Positions 38,027 through 45,943 of a DNA stretch of 64,000 nucleotides are shown here, piece after piece. The notes beneath the pieces were generated by a model, which was not told the DNA's origin, ran no database searches, and saw nothing but the letters and a program-made list of their open reading frames with translations. This stretch comes from a virus. A program made the translations under genes and the position numbers. How positions within the stretch are numbered: the first letter of the stretch is position 1; the number at the start of each line of letters is the position of its first letter. Where the stretch lies: IMG/VR virus record IMGVR_UViG_3300042013_000045, positions 96,001 through 160,000 of that record; one strand, given 5' to 3'.

Positions 38027-38155
38027 GGGATTTTCCTTATGGAATTGTTGGCAGCTATACCATCTACGTGGCTAGTAATGTAGAACTCAAGTAATTATCA
38101 GTCGAATTCTATGATGCGTCATACCATAACCCGGCGCTATATCGAGGACACGAAC

Positions 38156-40180
38156 ATGCAACTACTGGTCCTGGCGGCCGCCATCATTAACGCACAGCGC
38201 CCCCCTGCCATTGTAAACCAATTCTGGGATGACGTTGTGGCACTGCCTGTCGTCGAGAACGGGGTTCTGTACGATTCTAAACAACCTGTGATTTCATCAA
38301 AGACCGTTACGCTGGGAACAGGACGTTTCGGTGGACAGTGCATGGTGGTCGACACCGGTCAAGCTTTTCGTTATGGTAACACCCCGTTCGTATTAGCCGG
38401 TGACTTCACCATTGAAGGACACGCTCAGTGCACCAGCAGCGTCCGCAAGAACAACTACATCTTCGACGCAGGTACAAACGGCCTCGTGCTCAAGCTGATC
38501 GGAGAGGCGTGGAAGTTGTCCAATGGCGGGGGACTCCCTATCATAGACACCGCGGTTACTACCATCCTTAACCAATGGTACCACTTTGCAGTGGTGCGCC
38601 AAGGCGCCTTGATCAAAATTTTCATTGACGGCGTGATGATAGGACAGACTGTGTTTACAGCGGTCCTCAACGCTGCCACATTCACATGGGGTAACTACGG
38701 AGGTGGTGGTTCCTATAGCCACGAAGGTAAGCTCGATGCGTGTCGTATCACGCTGGCGGCACGGTATACCGCGAACTTCACACCGCCGATGTCGCCGTTC
38801 CTTGCTGGGGGTCAAGAAGCGACATTCGACCCATTCTGGGATCGAACTGTTCTGTTGATCCAAGGTGGGACTGTTGGCGGTAACGCTGTCGACCTGACAG
38901 GTAAAGGGACGGTCAACAAAGTACTCAATGCCAGCGTCAGCAACACGGTAAGACGTTTTGGGGATTCTTCACTCAAGATCCCCGGTGATGCTTCGTACTT
39001 CAGTGTTGCGAACGACGATGGTAGGTTTGATTTCAACTCTACAGACTTCACCGTCGAAGGATGGCTTTATCTGACAGCGGCCAACGGGTCAAATCAAGTG
39101 TTCGGGCGTGGCAGTGCCAGTACATACGGTGGTTACAAAGTGATGCTCGACCAAAGACGGCCGAGGATCTTCATCTCTGTTGCCGGGGCGACTAGCTGGA
39201 CCGCAACAGGTTCTGTGACAGGGTCAGAGATTCCTCTTAACGTCTGGACGCACATTGCCTTGACGAGACAAGGCAGCATGATGCGACTGTACATCAACGG
39301 TGTGTTCTTGGCTCAAATGACAGTATCTACGCTGACCACCAGTGCGATCCCCTTTACCATCGGCGCGTCAAATCTTGGGAACGAACCAACTCCTGGGTAC
39401 ATCGATAGTGTCAGGGTTACTCGCGGTTGTCGTTATACAGAGAACTTCACTCCTAAACTGCTAAGCGATTTTGCGGTAAGGGGACCTAACGGGGGAGATG
39501 GTCTAGCAGGGTACGATACCTACTATGCTAACAGTGTGTTCAACGCTCGGTACATCGATAGTCTCGCTGATCGTCGTCAGACCGCCCCACCAACGTTAGT
39601 TGGGACCACCGTGGCGTTTGATAACACTCGGAAGCTATTCGGCGAACCAACCATGACCATGACTACTGGTGCCAATGGTAACGTTGCGTACGCGGTGAAT
39701 AGAGCACTGATGAACGCTCCTGACTTCACAGTAGAAGCGTGGGTCAACACTGACTACGACTCTACTCTTGCCAATGCGTGTATCGCTTCACAGTGGGATG
39801 TTTCTGCTGGTGGCGTATGGGCATTGACAGTGCGGTCGACTGCAACGGAACGTGGACGGGCTCGGTTCAACTATGCCACCGCATCGTTCATCGGCTCCAC
39901 CACTGACGTCGCAGACGGTAATTGGCACCACATTGCTGTTTCACGACGGGATGGTGTAATCACGCTGTATGTCGATGGTGTAGCAGAAGCCACGGTTATT
40001 GATACACGTAACTTTAACTTCACTGGTAACCTCACTGTCGGGAAACTCGCTACCTATGCTCCGACAGCCGGATTCAGGCTGAACATCTCGGATCTTCGCA
40101 TCACTGCTGGTATCAGTCGTTACAATACCAACTTCACCCCTCCGACCGGTTTCCATCCGGTTTCTGGACTTGCAGCATAG
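38156..40180 (+). CDS. Tail-fibre/adhesin with three LamG (ConA-like) repeats
   Basis: Three copies of DFT(I/V)E...W.H.A..R....Y/F(I/V)(D/N)G...R(I/V)T...RYT.NFTP. Confidence 0.85.
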   Translation: MQLLVLAAAIINAQRPPAIVNQFWDDVVALPVVENGVLYDSKQPVISSKTVTLGTGRFGGQCMVVDTGQAFRYGNTPFVLAGDFTIEGHAQCTSSVRKNNYIFDAGTNGLVLKLIGEAWKLSNGGGLPIIDTAVTTILNQWYHFAVVRQGALIKIFIDGVMIGQTVFTAVLNAATFTWGNYGGGGSYSHEGKLDACRITLAARYTANFTPPMSPFLAGGQEATFDPFWDRTVLLIQGGTVGGNAVDLTGKGTVNKVLNASVSNTVRRFGDSSLKIPGDASYFSVANDDGRFDFNSTDFTVEGWLYLTAANGSNQVFGRGSASTYGGYKVMLDQRRPRIFISVAGATSWTATGSVTGSEIPLNVWTHIALTRQGSMMRLYINGVFLAQMTVSTLTTSAIPFTIGASNLGNEPTPGYIDSVRVTRGCRYTENFTPKLLSDFAVRGPNGGDGLAGYDTYYANSVFNARYIDSLADRRQTAPPTLVGTTVAFDNTRKLFGEPTMTMTTGANGNVAYAVNRALMNAPDFTVEAWVNTDYDSTLANACIASQWDVSAGGVWALTVRSTATERGRARFNYATASFIGSTTDVADGNWHHIAVSRRDGVITLYVDGVAEATVIDTRNFNFTGNLTVGKLATYAPTAGFRLNISDLRITAGISRYNTNFTPPTGFHPVSGLAA

Positions 40181-40183
40181 ATA

Positions 40184-40222
40184 GCATATCGGGGAGAGCA
40201 TTACGCTCTCCCCGATATGCCG
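40184..40222. terminator. Bidirectional hairpin terminator, TATGCCG on plus side
   Basis: GCATATCGGGGAGAGC-attac-GCTCTCCCCGATATGC. Confidence 0.8.
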
Positions 40223-40227
40223 TGTGC

Positions 40228-41193
40228 TTACTGACCTGGACGGCGGTTGTAGTTGACCAGATCGACTTGCAGCGCAATGGTCAAGTCTTTGGTGAGACCG
40301 TCGAAATGAATCTCGGCGACGCAGGTCTGGCGGTTCACACGCACCATCAGCTTACCTTCGCCCGTTACGTGGGCGCTCATTTCAACGTAGAGACTGTCGC
40401 ACTTGATGTATTTGAAATCAGTCAAACCAATCAAGTTGCCGGCAGGGTCGGAGATCTGTTTGATGCCCGCGATACCAATTGCGTCGGTGATATCTGCGTA
40501 GTCTGGCATCTGACCTTGTGCAGTCAGCAAACCGAACAGGTTGTACTTGGTGTTGGCCAGCGGCATACGCGCAACCAGTACCTGTTCGGTGCTATCGGCA
40601 ACCCACTGTCCAACCAGAAGGGAATGGTCGAACGGTTCCGCCTGAGCTTCGCGCAGCTTTTCACGCAACCACTCGTCGGAGTAACCCAGCGGTTTCACGT
40701 CAGCAATCTTCTCGACGTAACCTTGAGTGGTCTCGACCAGGTTCGGGTCAGGTTTGAACAGTTCAGCGATGCCAGCCGGGTTGGACATCTCTTCGATACG
40801 AGCATCGAGGATTTCCAGCAACGAGACCATCACGCCGTGTTGCTTCTTCAGCAGTTCGAACTGAGCCACGGTCATGCCGAGTTGGTGTTCGGACTGGTCT
40901 TTCTTGAGAGCGAGGAAACGACCCAGTCCCACGACGCGGTCATTCAACTCAGCACGCTCAGCCAACAGACGCACTTGGAACGCTGGTAGGTGGATCACGT
41001 TACCCAGTGGAATGGAGCACGCTTCGAACGGTCCTTTCGGAGACCAGGAGATGTGGCCGGTGTCGTACTTGACAGCGTAGCCTTCGACTGGCTCGCCTTT
41101 GTAACCTTCCGGAGCGCCTTCAGGGATGTCGCCTTCGTAGCGAAGTTCCGGCCATGCAGTTACAACTTTGCGAGACAGATATTCTTGAGTCAT
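40228..41193 (-). CDS. Hypothetical protein
   Basis: GY.V.Y..G..SWSPK..FE and R...E..EL..R...L..F motifs common in phage proteins. Confidence 0.7.
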   Translation of the reverse strand: MTQEYLSRKVVTAWPELRYEGDIPEGAPEGYKGEPVEGYAVKYDTGHISWSPKGPFEACSIPLGNVIHLPAFQVRLLAERAELNDRVVGLGRFLALKKDQSEHQLGMTVAQFELLKKQHGVMVSLLEILDARIEEMSNPAGIAELFKPDPNLVETTQGYVEKIADVKPLGYSDEWLREKLREAQAEPFDHSLLVGQWVADSTEQVLVARMPLANTKYNLFGLLTAQGQMPDYADITDAIGIAGIKQISDPAGNLIGLTDFKYIKCDSLYVEMSAHVTGEGKLMVRVNRQTCVAEIHFDGLTKDLTIALQVDLVNYNRRPGQ

Positions 41194-41576
41194 CGTGTTA
41201 CTCCTGTGGTCACATCTTTGCGCCATGAACTGACTGCGACACGCAGTACAAGACCAGGCACTTGTTTAAGAGCGTTGACTTTAAACACCAACGTCTCTGG
41301 GTCGATCTTCACCGAGAACGGACCATGGACATATACACCACGATCGCCATACTCGTTATCAATGTTGTCAGTCTTGTTACCAGTGATCTCAAGCGCCTCA
41401 GAGCCATCTAGGATGGCATGAATCGCAATGGCACCTACCGCATCGGTACGCTGGTAATCAAGCCCCTGAGCGAGCGTAACGAGGTCGTAGAAGCCATTCA
41501 TCATTGGCAGGCTGACTATGATCGTCTTTACATTCGGCGGGATGGTCAGACCTTGCTGTACAATGAGTTCTGTCAT
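41190..41576 (-). CDS. Hypothetical protein
   Basis: GGAG RBS, ATGA overlap. Confidence 0.6.
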   Translation of the reverse strand: MTELIVQQGLTIPPNVKTIIVSLPMMNGFYDLVTLAQGLDYQRTDAVGAIAIHAILDGSEALEITGNKTDNIDNEYGDRGVYVHGPFSVKIDPETLVFKVNALKQVPGLVLRVAVSSWRKDVTTGVTR

Positions 41577-41771
41577 GCTACTCTCCCGGTTACACAAGAT
41601 CAGATCACATCGCAATTAATAACCAGATGCGCATACGGCATACCCTCCCACCCAGCCAACATGGACCGAGTGGGAGGGCGGTAGATTGAGTTCGTGTGCC
41701 TAAAGGCGTTCGAGTCAGTACTCTACAAATAATAGTCAGGGTTGGTTTTTATTTACTATTGTTGGGTTTAC

Positions 41772-42428
41772 CTACAGCGCCTTGAAGAACTTGATGTCGC
41801 GAATCCACCCGTTGAAGAAGTTAGGTGCCGCACCGTTGATGATTTCGATGATGTCACAGCTTACATCACTGGCGCTAACCCGGCTACCTCTTAGAACATC
41901 GTTGACGTAAAACCGAGTCGTGTTATCGACAGCGGAGTGGGTGACAGCGAACTTACGCCAGGTATTCGTCGGCATCGTGACCGTATCGGCAAACATGGGT
42001 GCTGTTTCTACTTTCCACTGGTCACCGGTCATGATGATCTTGTTGTTAGTCTGGGCGTGCTTCCAGAAGAAGAAGTTGTAGGCCGCCGAGAGAGGAGCTC
42101 TGCGCAACACGAAGATCGTCTCATGTTTGAACACCAATGGGTTGACCATTCGAATTTCAAACTCGAACCGCCAATTCGGGGTGTTCATTAAGCGCGGCTT
42201 GCCAGGGATCACGTTCCAGGTAATCCCTTGCCCAGCGTTGACCCGTAGAGCACCCCTGCCATCAATCTGTTCAAAGATCGGTACGCCACCGGCATACCCA
42301 AACACCGTGGGGGTGGAGTTCCCTTTAGCATCGGTGTAAGTGTTGTTGAGCGAGATGTCGATGATCTGTGGGTCATCGAATGGCTTGGGTTTATAGTTCC
42401 CAGCCACTTCAAGCAAACGAGCGATCAT
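41772..42428 (-). CDS. LamG/ConA-like tail-associated protein
   Basis: MIARLLEVAG N-terminus; NTW..FAVT....RFYVN..L; ATGA overlap. Confidence 0.65.
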   Translation of the reverse strand: MIARLLEVAGNYKPKPFDDPQIIDISLNNTYTDAKGNSTPTVFGYAGGVPIFEQIDGRGALRVNAGQGITWNVIPGKPRLMNTPNWRFEFEIRMVNPLVFKHETIFVLRRAPLSAAYNFFFWKHAQTNNKIIMTGDQWKVETAPMFADTVTMPTNTWRKFAVTHSAVDNTTRFYVNDVLRGSRVSASDVSCDIIEIINGAAPNFFNGWIRDIKFFKAL

Positions 42429-43087
42429 AGGACTAACTCCAGAACAGGTCTCCACGCAGACCATGGATAAGTGTTGTTCGCGCCCATGTCGAGATAAGTG
42501 CTTGCCGAGATACTGGCACGACCACGTGTCTCGTTGATGGTACCGAATCCGCCGTTGATAGCATACTCCTGGGTCTGCCAGAAGTCACCGGTGACATATG
42601 TAGAGTACGGAACAATCTTGCAGAGCTCAGCGTGAGGGATGTTGTCCCACTTCTGCAACCCACCAGGTCCTTCAGTACACACACGGTACATTAACTGGCT
42701 CCACTCACTACCATCCAGACCCGCTTGGTTCTGAGTAGCGCCACCTTTCATCAGACGGACCTTGTAGGTCTTCCCTTGAATGACGATGGTTTTACTACCG
42801 TTTACCACGTTGCGTCCTTGCAGATACAAGTGAGTCAGGTTCTGACGGATACCTTGTTTAGCTACAAAGAGCGTCTTGCCCTTGTACGCAAACTTCATCC
42901 AACTGGTGTCAGGGTTAATGCTGCTACCCTGCACGATGCCTAACTGGGTAATCAACTCAGCAGGGGTGATGAGTTTGGCCTGAGAGATCTGTCCGTAATA
43001 TCCCAGTTGGAGGTCGCCGAACAAAAGCTTAGTGCCTTCTGGTGTGGGCTTAAAATGCCCAGCGACTTGTAGCAAACGACTATTCAT
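42425..43087 (-). CDS. Virion/tail-associated protein, paralogue of 36951-37568
   Basis: Shared motifs, upstream TATG. Confidence 0.75.
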   Translation of the reverse strand: MNSRLLQVAGHFKPTPEGTKLLFGDLQLGYYGQISQAKLITPAELITQLGIVQGSSINPDTSWMKFAYKGKTLFVAKQGIRQNLTHLYLQGRNVVNGSKTIVIQGKTYKVRLMKGGATQNQAGLDGSEWSQLMYRVCTEGPGGLQKWDNIPHAELCKIVPYSTYVTGDFWQTQEYAINGGFGTINETRGRASISASTYLDMGANNTYPWSAWRPVLELVL

Positions 43088-43165
43088 ACTGGCGTACCGT
43101 TTTGGTGATGGACATACGATACGGCGGCATAAAAGCCCCTAGCGCTTGGCTAGGGGCGTGTTCTA

Positions 43166-43354
43166 TCAATTACCCTGACCAACCCACACACCGTCGTTGA
43201 AAGTGCGCTCAAGGTCAGCACGGTAGCGTTCACATTTAAGCCAACGTCCTTTGATCATGGGCCACGTACTGTCGCCACAAACCACTACCCAACTCCATGG
43301 ATGCCAACTGCGCTTTTCTAATCGATGACGAGGAACATACTCTTCAGGCATCAC
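43166..43354 (-). CDS. Small hypothetical protein
   Basis: AGGAG RBS; flanked by terminators. Confidence 0.5.
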   Translation of the reverse strand: MMPEEYVPRHRLEKRSWHPWSWVVVCGDSTWPMIKGRWLKCERYRADLERTFNDGVWVGQGN

Positions 43355-43365
43355 ACTCTCCTAGG

Positions 43366-43398
43366 CGGTATAAGAGCCTGTCCTTCGGGACAGGCTCT
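43366..43398 (-). terminator. Terminator of the tRNA/ncRNA operon
   Basis: AGAGCCTGTCC-ttcg-GGACAGGCTCT then TATACCG on minus strand. Confidence 0.8.
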
Positions 43399-43408
43399 CA
43401 GGATTTAC

Positions 43409-43800
43409 TGGTGACTCGGTCAACGGTTGGAATTCCGCCTCCTATGCAACTTAGACTTCAAGACCCGCCCACCATTGGATTCAGGTTACCGACAGCTACC
43501 AGTTCCACCTAGTTACCATGAGTACCCTACTTGAAGAATGCAACTTCCCCTGTGTTAAGTCTGTTTTATTCCATGAGGAATGACCAGACGGTCACCATGG
43601 AGCGCCCAAGAGACTGGAGTTCGGGTTCTACCAGTACGTCATGTCAGCCTAGTTCAAAGCCCTTGATCGGCTCTTCTGCTGCATGTGTCCTCGCTTGTAT
43701 TCCTGATCAGAGGAGTACTCGCTCAGAATAGACTATAGGGCGACTTCGACTTAACTTCGTTGCTGCGACAAAGACGAGGAGCCTTGCGACTCCTTATCAG
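43409..43800 (-). ncRNA. Candidate ACCA-terminated structured RNA
   Basis: No credible ORF; long-range pairs GUUAAGUC/GACUUAAC and CUUCAAG/CUUGAAG; ends GAGUCACCA just before terminator. Confidence 0.5.
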
Positions 43801-43804
43801 TGTT

Positions 43805-43881
43805 TGGCTCCATGACCAGGATTCGAACCTGGGACAAACGCGTTAACAGCGCGCTACTCTACCGGACTGAGTTATCATGGA
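43805..43881 (-). tRNA. tRNA-Asn (GUU)
   Basis: Full cloverleaf, anticodon loop CU-GUU-AA, T-loop UUCGAAU, encoded CCA. Confidence 0.95.
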
Positions 43882-43892
43882 ATTGAATGGTG

Positions 43893-44129
43893 TTACGCTG
43901 CGACTGGTGTGTACCAAGGCAGCGTATGGTCAAGCATCATGGGAATGTAAGCGCGTTCACGATTGGTACGTTCAGACCAGTAGTTACCATCCCGGCAACG
44001 TTCCATCGAGATCGAGTACACTTTACCATCCTCAAACTTGAACCACGAAGGGCCGAAGCCGTCCGTTCCATCGGTGTAGTGTGTTGCTCCAACAGGAGCC
44101 TTGATGCACTGGTACTCTGCTGGCAACAT
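43893..44129 (-). CDS. Small hypothetical protein (AP.GATHY motif)
   Basis: APVGATHY motif seen in small phage proteins. Confidence 0.55.
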   Translation of the reverse strand: MLPAEYQCIKAPVGATHYTDGTDGFGPSWFKFEDGKVYSISMERCRDGNYWSERTNRERAYIPMMLDHTLPWYTPVAA

Positions 44130-44154
44130 GGTGCTTTACCGATGGTTGTTGAAA

Positions 44155-44568
44155 TGGTGCCCACTGCCGGGATTTACCCAGGACCAACATGCTCCGCTCC
44201 ACTAGACCTGCACACAATGGCTGTCAAGGGTGGCGCTGTCGTTTTCAACGGACATGGAAAGCCGTCCAGCAATACGACCGGCATTAACCCTAAGGCATGG
44301 CACAGTCGTACTCCCGGACATTCGGGTGCTCGACCACTACGCTCCAGTCATGTCGTCCCCGTCGGGGATCTGTCACGTCGTAGCAGCCGAACATTAAAAG
44401 GCTCTCTACCAGCCAAGCACCTTTACTTGCTACGAGAGCAAGGAGGGATACGAGCACTAGCAGAGTAGCAGTAGAAGAAATGTGCATCCGTCTTACTATC
44501 GGAAGCTCAGAGGTCTGTTTCCAGACACGAGAGCCCGCGCCAGCAGCTTTCACTGCCACTCCCCACAA
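44155..44568 (-). ncRNA. Candidate ACCA-terminated structured RNA
   Basis: Many hairpins (GGCAGUGAAAGCUGCU, GUCUGGAAACAGAC, UCCCCGACGGGGA); ends GGGCACCA-UUUC. Confidence 0.5.
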
Positions 44569-44757
44569 TTGAATGTATCCCCTAGGTCACGTTCTTTCTG
44601 AGGCAGAACTCGAATCTGCAATGAGTCACGCTCTGATGCCCGAAGGCCGCACGCTCCTCTCACCAACGGACAGGCAGCCACAATGGACTAAGGTTTCCAC
44701 TTTAAGAGGCTTCAACCAAGGGTATACCAGTTCCCCCACTCGTAGGGACACATTCAA
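44569..44757 (-). ncRNA. tRNA-like RNA with long closing stem
   Basis: ~15 bp terminal stem, D-arm GGG-GAACUGGUAUA-CCC, T-arm GCAGA-UUCGAGU-UCUGC, expanded centre. Confidence 0.6.
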
Positions 44758-44765
44758 AATGAAGC

Positions 44766-44951
44766 TTATCGTTCGTAAACGATGGTGAAGCTCGAGCGAC
44801 CAGCGGTCACGATACGGCCAACGAGTTCTTCGTCAGTGTAGGACTGTTTGGGACTGGAGGCTGAGACAGGGTCAAAGCCGAGATGCTTGAAGTCAGCGCC
44901 ATTCAGGACTTTGCCAGTATCAGCAACACGCTTAACAGCTTCAACGTTCAT
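44766..44951 (-). CDS. Small hypothetical protein
   Basis: AAGGAG RBS. Confidence 0.55.
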   Translation of the reverse strand: MNVEAVKRVADTGKVLNGADFKHLGFDPVSASSPKQSYTDEELVGRIVTAGRSSFTIVYER

Positions 44952-44969
44952 CGGAGACTCCTTAGGAAA

Positions 44970-45081
44970 TGGTAGTGCCGCCTGGAGTCGAACCAGGGAC
45001 TTCTTTCTGATGGTGAGCGGCTAGCTCCACTCGAGGTGGAGCCGCTCGGGGAAAGGTCTCTACCAACTGAGATACGGCACT
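44970..45081 (-). ncRNA. tRNA-like RNA with 36-nt hairpin insertion in the anticodon loop
   Basis: Perfect acceptor, D, anticodon and T stems and encoded ACCA; 43-nt anticodon loop region. Confidence 0.8.
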
Positions 45082-45102
45082 GATCAAGCATGTTGCAGGA
45101 AA

Positions 45103-45180
45103 TGGAAGGGGTGACTGGATTCGAACCAGTGATCGCGGGATCAAAACCCGCTGCCTTGGGCCGGACTAGGCGACACCCCA
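45103..45180 (-). tRNA. tRNA-Gln (UUG)
   Basis: Cloverleaf, GCGGG-UU-UUG-AU-CCCGC, encoded CCA. Confidence 0.93.
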
Positions 45181-45188
45181 ATTAAAGC

Positions 45189-45337
45189 GTTAGAAGAAGC
45201 GGACGAGCGAGATTCAAACTCGCGGATGGATAACTATAGCCCCATGGCAGGCAGCCTCCACTCTAGCTCATGTATCGATCGGCGCTACCCGATATATCAA
45301 CGTTCAACCACTCCGTCACCGAACGCTTCTTCTGAAC
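45189..45337 (-). ncRNA. tRNA-like RNA with long closing stem
   Basis: AGAAGAAGCG/CGCUUCUUCU stem, D-arm ACG-GAGUGGUUGAA-CGU, T-arm GCGAG-UUUGAAU-CUCGC. Confidence 0.65.
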
Positions 45338-45339
45338 AA

Positions 45340-45426
45340 GGCCCCGAGGGATGGATTCGAACCATCGACCTGCACCTGGAGGAATTACCTCGCAGACATC
45401 GCTCTAACCAACTGAGCTACCCAGGG
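45340..45426 (-). ncRNA. tRNA-like RNA with extended non-canonical anticodon arm
   Basis: Canonical D-arm GCUC-AGUUGGUUA-GAGC and T-arm GAUGG-UUCGAAU-CCAUC; 28-nt anticodon arm with 5-nt loop. Confidence 0.7.
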
Positions 45427-45631
45427 GATCACGCTGTGAAAACGTACGCAAGAAGATGCTCTCAGCTATCGTCCAGATCGTCCCAGTGGGAGCGTCCTTA
45501 GTAGGTGTGAGGTTAGTGTACACGACCATCGGCCATGAACAGTCCTGAGCATGTCTTGCGATATGAAGCACCTTGAACTCAAGACCACTAGGAGACTTGT
45601 AGGTCTCATGTTGCTCAATGGTCTCAAGCAT
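45404..45631 (-). CDS. DUF1653-like small protein
   Basis: YK..SG..FKVL.IA.H......MVVY.....W......F motif; 3' end overlaps tRNA-like RNA. Confidence 0.6.
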   Translation of the reverse strand: MLETIEQHETYKSPSGLEFKVLHIARHAQDCSWPMVVYTNLTPTKDAPTGTIWTIAESIFLRTFSQRDPLGSSVG

Positions 45632-45645
45632 GATGCTTTCCTAAT

Positions 45646-45733
45646 TGGTGGAGAGAGAAGGATTCGAACCTTCGAAGTGCGGTCGCACATCAGATTTACA
45701 GTCTGGTCCCTTTGGCCACTCGGGAACCTCTCC
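45646..45733 (-). tRNA. tRNA-Tyr (GUA)
   Basis: Cloverleaf with long variable arm, CU-GUA-AA, encoded CCA. Confidence 0.95.
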
Positions 45734-45740
45734 GGGAAAT

Positions 45741-45853
45741 TGGTGGTCAGTACCGGGCTCTTAACCGGCTGCTTCATCTTTCGATTAAACTGCCCCGACT
45801 CGTAAGCAGCGAAGGTTCTTCCAGTCAATGGGCGAAACGCCCGATCGGCTGTA
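45741..45853 (-). ncRNA. Candidate ACCA-terminated small RNA
   Basis: Hairpins plus GCCGG-8nt-CCGGU-ACUGACC-A-CCA 3' end. Confidence 0.5.
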
Positions 45854-45855
45854 GG

Positions 45856-45932
45856 TGGCGGGCCAAGCAGGATTCGAACCTACGACATCTGGTTTTGGAG
45901 ACCAGCGCTCTGCCAGACTGAGCTATAGACCC
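45856..45932 (-). tRNA. tRNA-Trp (CCA)
   Basis: Cloverleaf, CU-CCA-AA, encoded CCA. Confidence 0.93.
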
Positions 45933-45943
45933 TGAAGCAGTGA

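Noticed and set aside
43409-44568. tmRNA
   Set aside because: Neither ACCA-ended RNA has a 5'/3' acceptor stem with G3-U70 or a canonical T-loop; kept as unknown ncRNAs
45750-45800. Twister ribozyme (GCCGGU....AGCCCGG resembles twister P4/L4)
   Set aside because: No compatible P2 helix or UAA cleavage-site loop could be built around it
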